A stretch of 14,260 nucleotides of DNA. It comes from Nitrososphaerota archaeon (GTDB lineage: Archaea; Thermoproteota; Nitrososphaeria; Nitrososphaerales; Gagatemarchaeaceae). A model generated the notes under the pieces. The model worked only from the letters and a program-made list of their open reading frames with translations, was not told the DNA's origin and did no database searches. Shown piece by piece: positions 12,417-14,260 of the stretch. Position 1 is the first letter of the stretch. Each line of letters begins with the position of its first letter. Where the stretch lies: NCBI GenBank assembly GCA_027886885.1, contig JAPCJP010000042.1:1-14260 (forward strand), read 5' to 3'. The position numbers and the translations under genes are program-made.

Positions 12417-13754
12417 TCAATGGCCAACCGCCCCGGACACATCATCAGGCGTTGCAGGCAGCAGTTTGATTATCATCACTATGGTGATCACTGTAGCGGC
12501 AAGACTAGCGAGGATCGGGGCCCGAAAGCCCAACGTCTGGTAGAGGAAGCCGCCTATGATGGGCGCGGGAAAGGCCACCAAGCCCCGATACACCGCCAGC
12601 TTTCCGCCCAGGCTCCCCCTCTCTCCCGCCGGGGATCGCGTCATCACCAGAGACTGCTGGGCAGGCACCCATGTGGCTATCGAGATCCCAAAAAAGACCG
12701 AGAAGAGCACGAAGAGGAGTACCGAATTGGAGAGAGCCCACCCTGCCATCATTATGCACCCGAAGAGTTCCGAGATTGCCAGCGATTTGATGGGCCCGAC
12801 TCGAAGAAGCAGTCTTGTGGCTGGATACTGCGCCAGAATCGTGGCGATCGAGACCGTGCCTACGAGGACGCTGATGACATCGAGCGAATATCTGAACTGG
12901 GTCACCAGCATCCCATAGATGATCGTGGTCGTTATGCCAAATGCGAACGAGTCCATCGCAAAGGTCGCGAAGAAGCCCGAGAACCCCTTCGGGAGGGCGA
13001 GCGCCGTCCTGAACGAGAAGGCTGCCGCCGGTCTGGCGCTGGGACCCAACCCTGTCCTGGTCTCCCTGAGCTCTCTCAGGTAGAGGAGGAGGTCGACGGA
13101 CTCGAGGGCCTCCGCGATGCCGAATATCGCGAAATAGCCGACCCAGCCCACCAGGGGCCCCGCGGCGAAGGACATGAGCGCCCCCGAAGCGGTGCCCAGC
13201 AGGAATATGGTGCTGAAGGCGACGTGCATCTTGCTGGGCTCGAGGTTCACCGATTCCGCCACCATCGCCTGGGACGCGGGGCTGGACAGAGCGGAGAGGC
13301 CGTAGAGGAGGTACCCCACCAAAAGAGTCACGGGGTTGTGGGACAGGGCGGCCAGAAGGAAGAACGACATCGAGACTATCATCGTCACGCTCCCGGCGAC
13401 GACCACCACCTTCCTTCCGAAGATGTCAGCGTAGTGCCCGGCGAGCGGCTGTATGAGCGAGGAGGTGAGCCCGCTGAATCGGCCGCCGACAGCCTGGAGG
13501 ATTCCGAGCGTGGTGATGCCTAGTCCGATTCCCACAGTGAAGGGCTGAAGAAGGGTGTTCAGCATCCCGATGTACACACCAGATATGAGGCTCGTCAGCG
13601 CGATGACCCTCACGTTTCGGTCGAGCAGAAGGGCCCTGGACACTTTCAGGACGCCGTCGGTTCTTCCGCTCAAGCCACGCTCAACCCTCGGAGTGCGCAC
13701 CCCCATTTGACGGCAAATGAATCCATCGGCGCTACGAGCTTGGAAATCATCCAC
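12417..13754 (-). CDS. MFS (major facilitator superfamily) transporter
   Basis: 445 aa with about 12 hydrophobic helices. MFS motif A is present (LAGHYADIFGRKVVVV). GTG start at 13754, with an alternative ATG at 13706. The long + strand ORF 12282..13523 is its antisense shadow. Confidence 0.9.
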   Translation of the reverse strand: MDDFQARSADGFICRQMGVRTPRVERGLSGRTDGVLKVSRALLLDRNVRVIALTSLISGVYIGMLNTLLQPFTVGIGLGITTLGILQAVGGRFSGLTSSLIQPLAGHYADIFGRKVVVVAGSVTMIVSMSFFLLAALSHNPVTLLVGYLLYGLSALSSPASQAMVAESVNLEPSKMHVAFSTIFLLGTASGALMSFAAGPLVGWVGYFAIFGIAEALESVDLLLYLRELRETRTGLGPSARPAAAFSFRTALALPKGFSGFFATFAMDSFAFGITTTIIYGMLVTQFRYSLDVISVLVGTVSIATILAQYPATRLLLRVGPIKSLAISELFGCIMMAGWALSNSVLLFVLFSVFFGISIATWVPAQQSLVMTRSPAGERGSLGGKLAVYRGLVAFPAPIIGGFLYQTLGFRAPILASLAATVITIVMIIKLLPATPDDVSGAVGH

Positions 13755-13789
13755 GCGATCGGAAGATAGGTGTCAACCAAAATGTGTAA

Positions 13790-14260
13790 ATGATTCGTGT
13801 CCGCGAAGCCAAACCCATTGCCAGTGGCAAAGAAACGGGCGAAGAAACCGAAGAAGTCGAAGAAGACCGGAAGCGGATATGGGATACTGATAAACGAAAA
13901 GTGAGACTGGAGAATCCAAGCCAGAGAATATGGTCTGTCAATGAGGCCGAGGCTTGGAACCTAGTCATCCCTCCGGAGCGGACGGACAGAGAGGTCAGTT
14001 TCCTGCTCTCTGTATTCAGGCATTTTGCTCACGAAGATGTTCACGAGATACTGGACCTAGGTTGCGGGGCTGGTCGGTTGGCCATCGAGCTATCGGCGAA
14101 GGGCTATGCCGTTACGGGCGTAGACAACTCCTCGACCATGTTGAATATAGCGAGACGAAACGCCGACGAAAGACACGTGAAGCTCAGGCTCCTTAGATCC
14201 CAGTTAGGCGAACTCAAGATTACGGGGCGGTTCGATGCGGCCTACAGCGTCCAAGACCCG
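13790..14260 (+). CDS. Partial CDS whose 3' end runs off the right edge: class I SAM-dependent methyltransferase
   Basis: Missing from the ORF track because of edge truncation. The frame is open for 157 codons from ATG 13790. The translation contains ...DVHEILDLGCGAGRLAIELSAKGYAVTGVDNSSTMLNIARRNA..., that is motif I (LDLGCGxG) and the acidic post-I residue (VTGVD). The N-terminal 37 aa are charged and low complexity, so GTG 13901 is a possible alternative start. Confidence 0.8.
   Translation, partial: MIRVREAKPIASGKETGEETEEVEEDRKRIWDTDKRKVRLENPSQRIWSVNEAEAWNLVIPPERTDREVSFLLSVFRHFAHEDVHEILDLGCGAGRLAIELSAKGYAVTGVDNSSTMLNIARRNADERHVKLRLLRSQLGELKITGRFDAAYSVQDP

Noticed and set aside
12282-13523. 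Long + strand ORF of 413 aa.
   Set aside because: It lies entirely antisense to the MFS transporter gene. Its translation is Arg/Gly/Glu/His-rich low complexity with no domain features. This is the typical shadow ORF of a high-GC gene.
13747-14196. Track ORFs 13747..13968 (-) and 13954..14196 (+).
   Set aside because: Both overlap the edge-truncated methyltransferase frame, which carries the clear LDLGCGAG motif I. Their own translations are Ser/Arg-rich with no features.
1-14260. CRISPR arrays, rRNA or tRNA genes, transposases, integrases, or phage-like genes.
   Set aside because: I found no regularly spaced direct repeats with unique spacers, no rRNA or tRNA-like sequence, and no DDE, tyrosine or serine recombinase motif in any frame.

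Overview
This looks like an archaeal chromosomal segment. By hand count it is roughly 58-60% GC, with one island near 47%. TATA-like heptamers sit about 24-37 nt upstream of most predicted start codons. There is a PEF-CTERM-type sorting signal, a YVTN propeller and Ser/Thr-rich surface linkers. I support about 18 protein genes and found no rRNA, tRNA, CRISPR array or transposase. Confident calls: a tandem-domain SagB-type/nitroreductase protein, a vapBC toxin-antitoxin pair, a 7-blade YVTN surface protein, a membrane-anchored PQQ-dependent sugar dehydrogenase, a phosphotriesterase-family hydrolase, a prokaryotic pentameric ligand-gated ion channel (pLGIC) homologue and an MFS transporter. Two genes truncated by the window edges are missing from the ORF track: a secreted protein at the left edge and a class I SAM methyltransferase at the right edge. 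Several orphan, small or membrane proteins make up the rest. The most striking signal outside the genes is a conserved motif of about 25-33 nt, core ATTGCGCCTCC and consensus GGGTTCATTGCGCCTCCGCCGGGA. It occurs seven times, always in the same orientation and always intergenic, and it marks most transcription-unit boundaries between 1.9 and 11.8 kb. On the minus strand it reads GGAGG-N4-ATGAACCC. I cannot assign it to any known repeat, attC, tRNA or sRNA class, so it is the best candidate here for something undescribed. Secondary points: an archaeal pLGIC divergent from the hydrolase gene, an orphan SagB-like enzyme next to a hyper-acidic 67-aa protein, a candidate 43-aa CxxCxGxG zinc-finger gene in an apparently empty 0.5-kb gap, and a low-GC membrane-protein gene.
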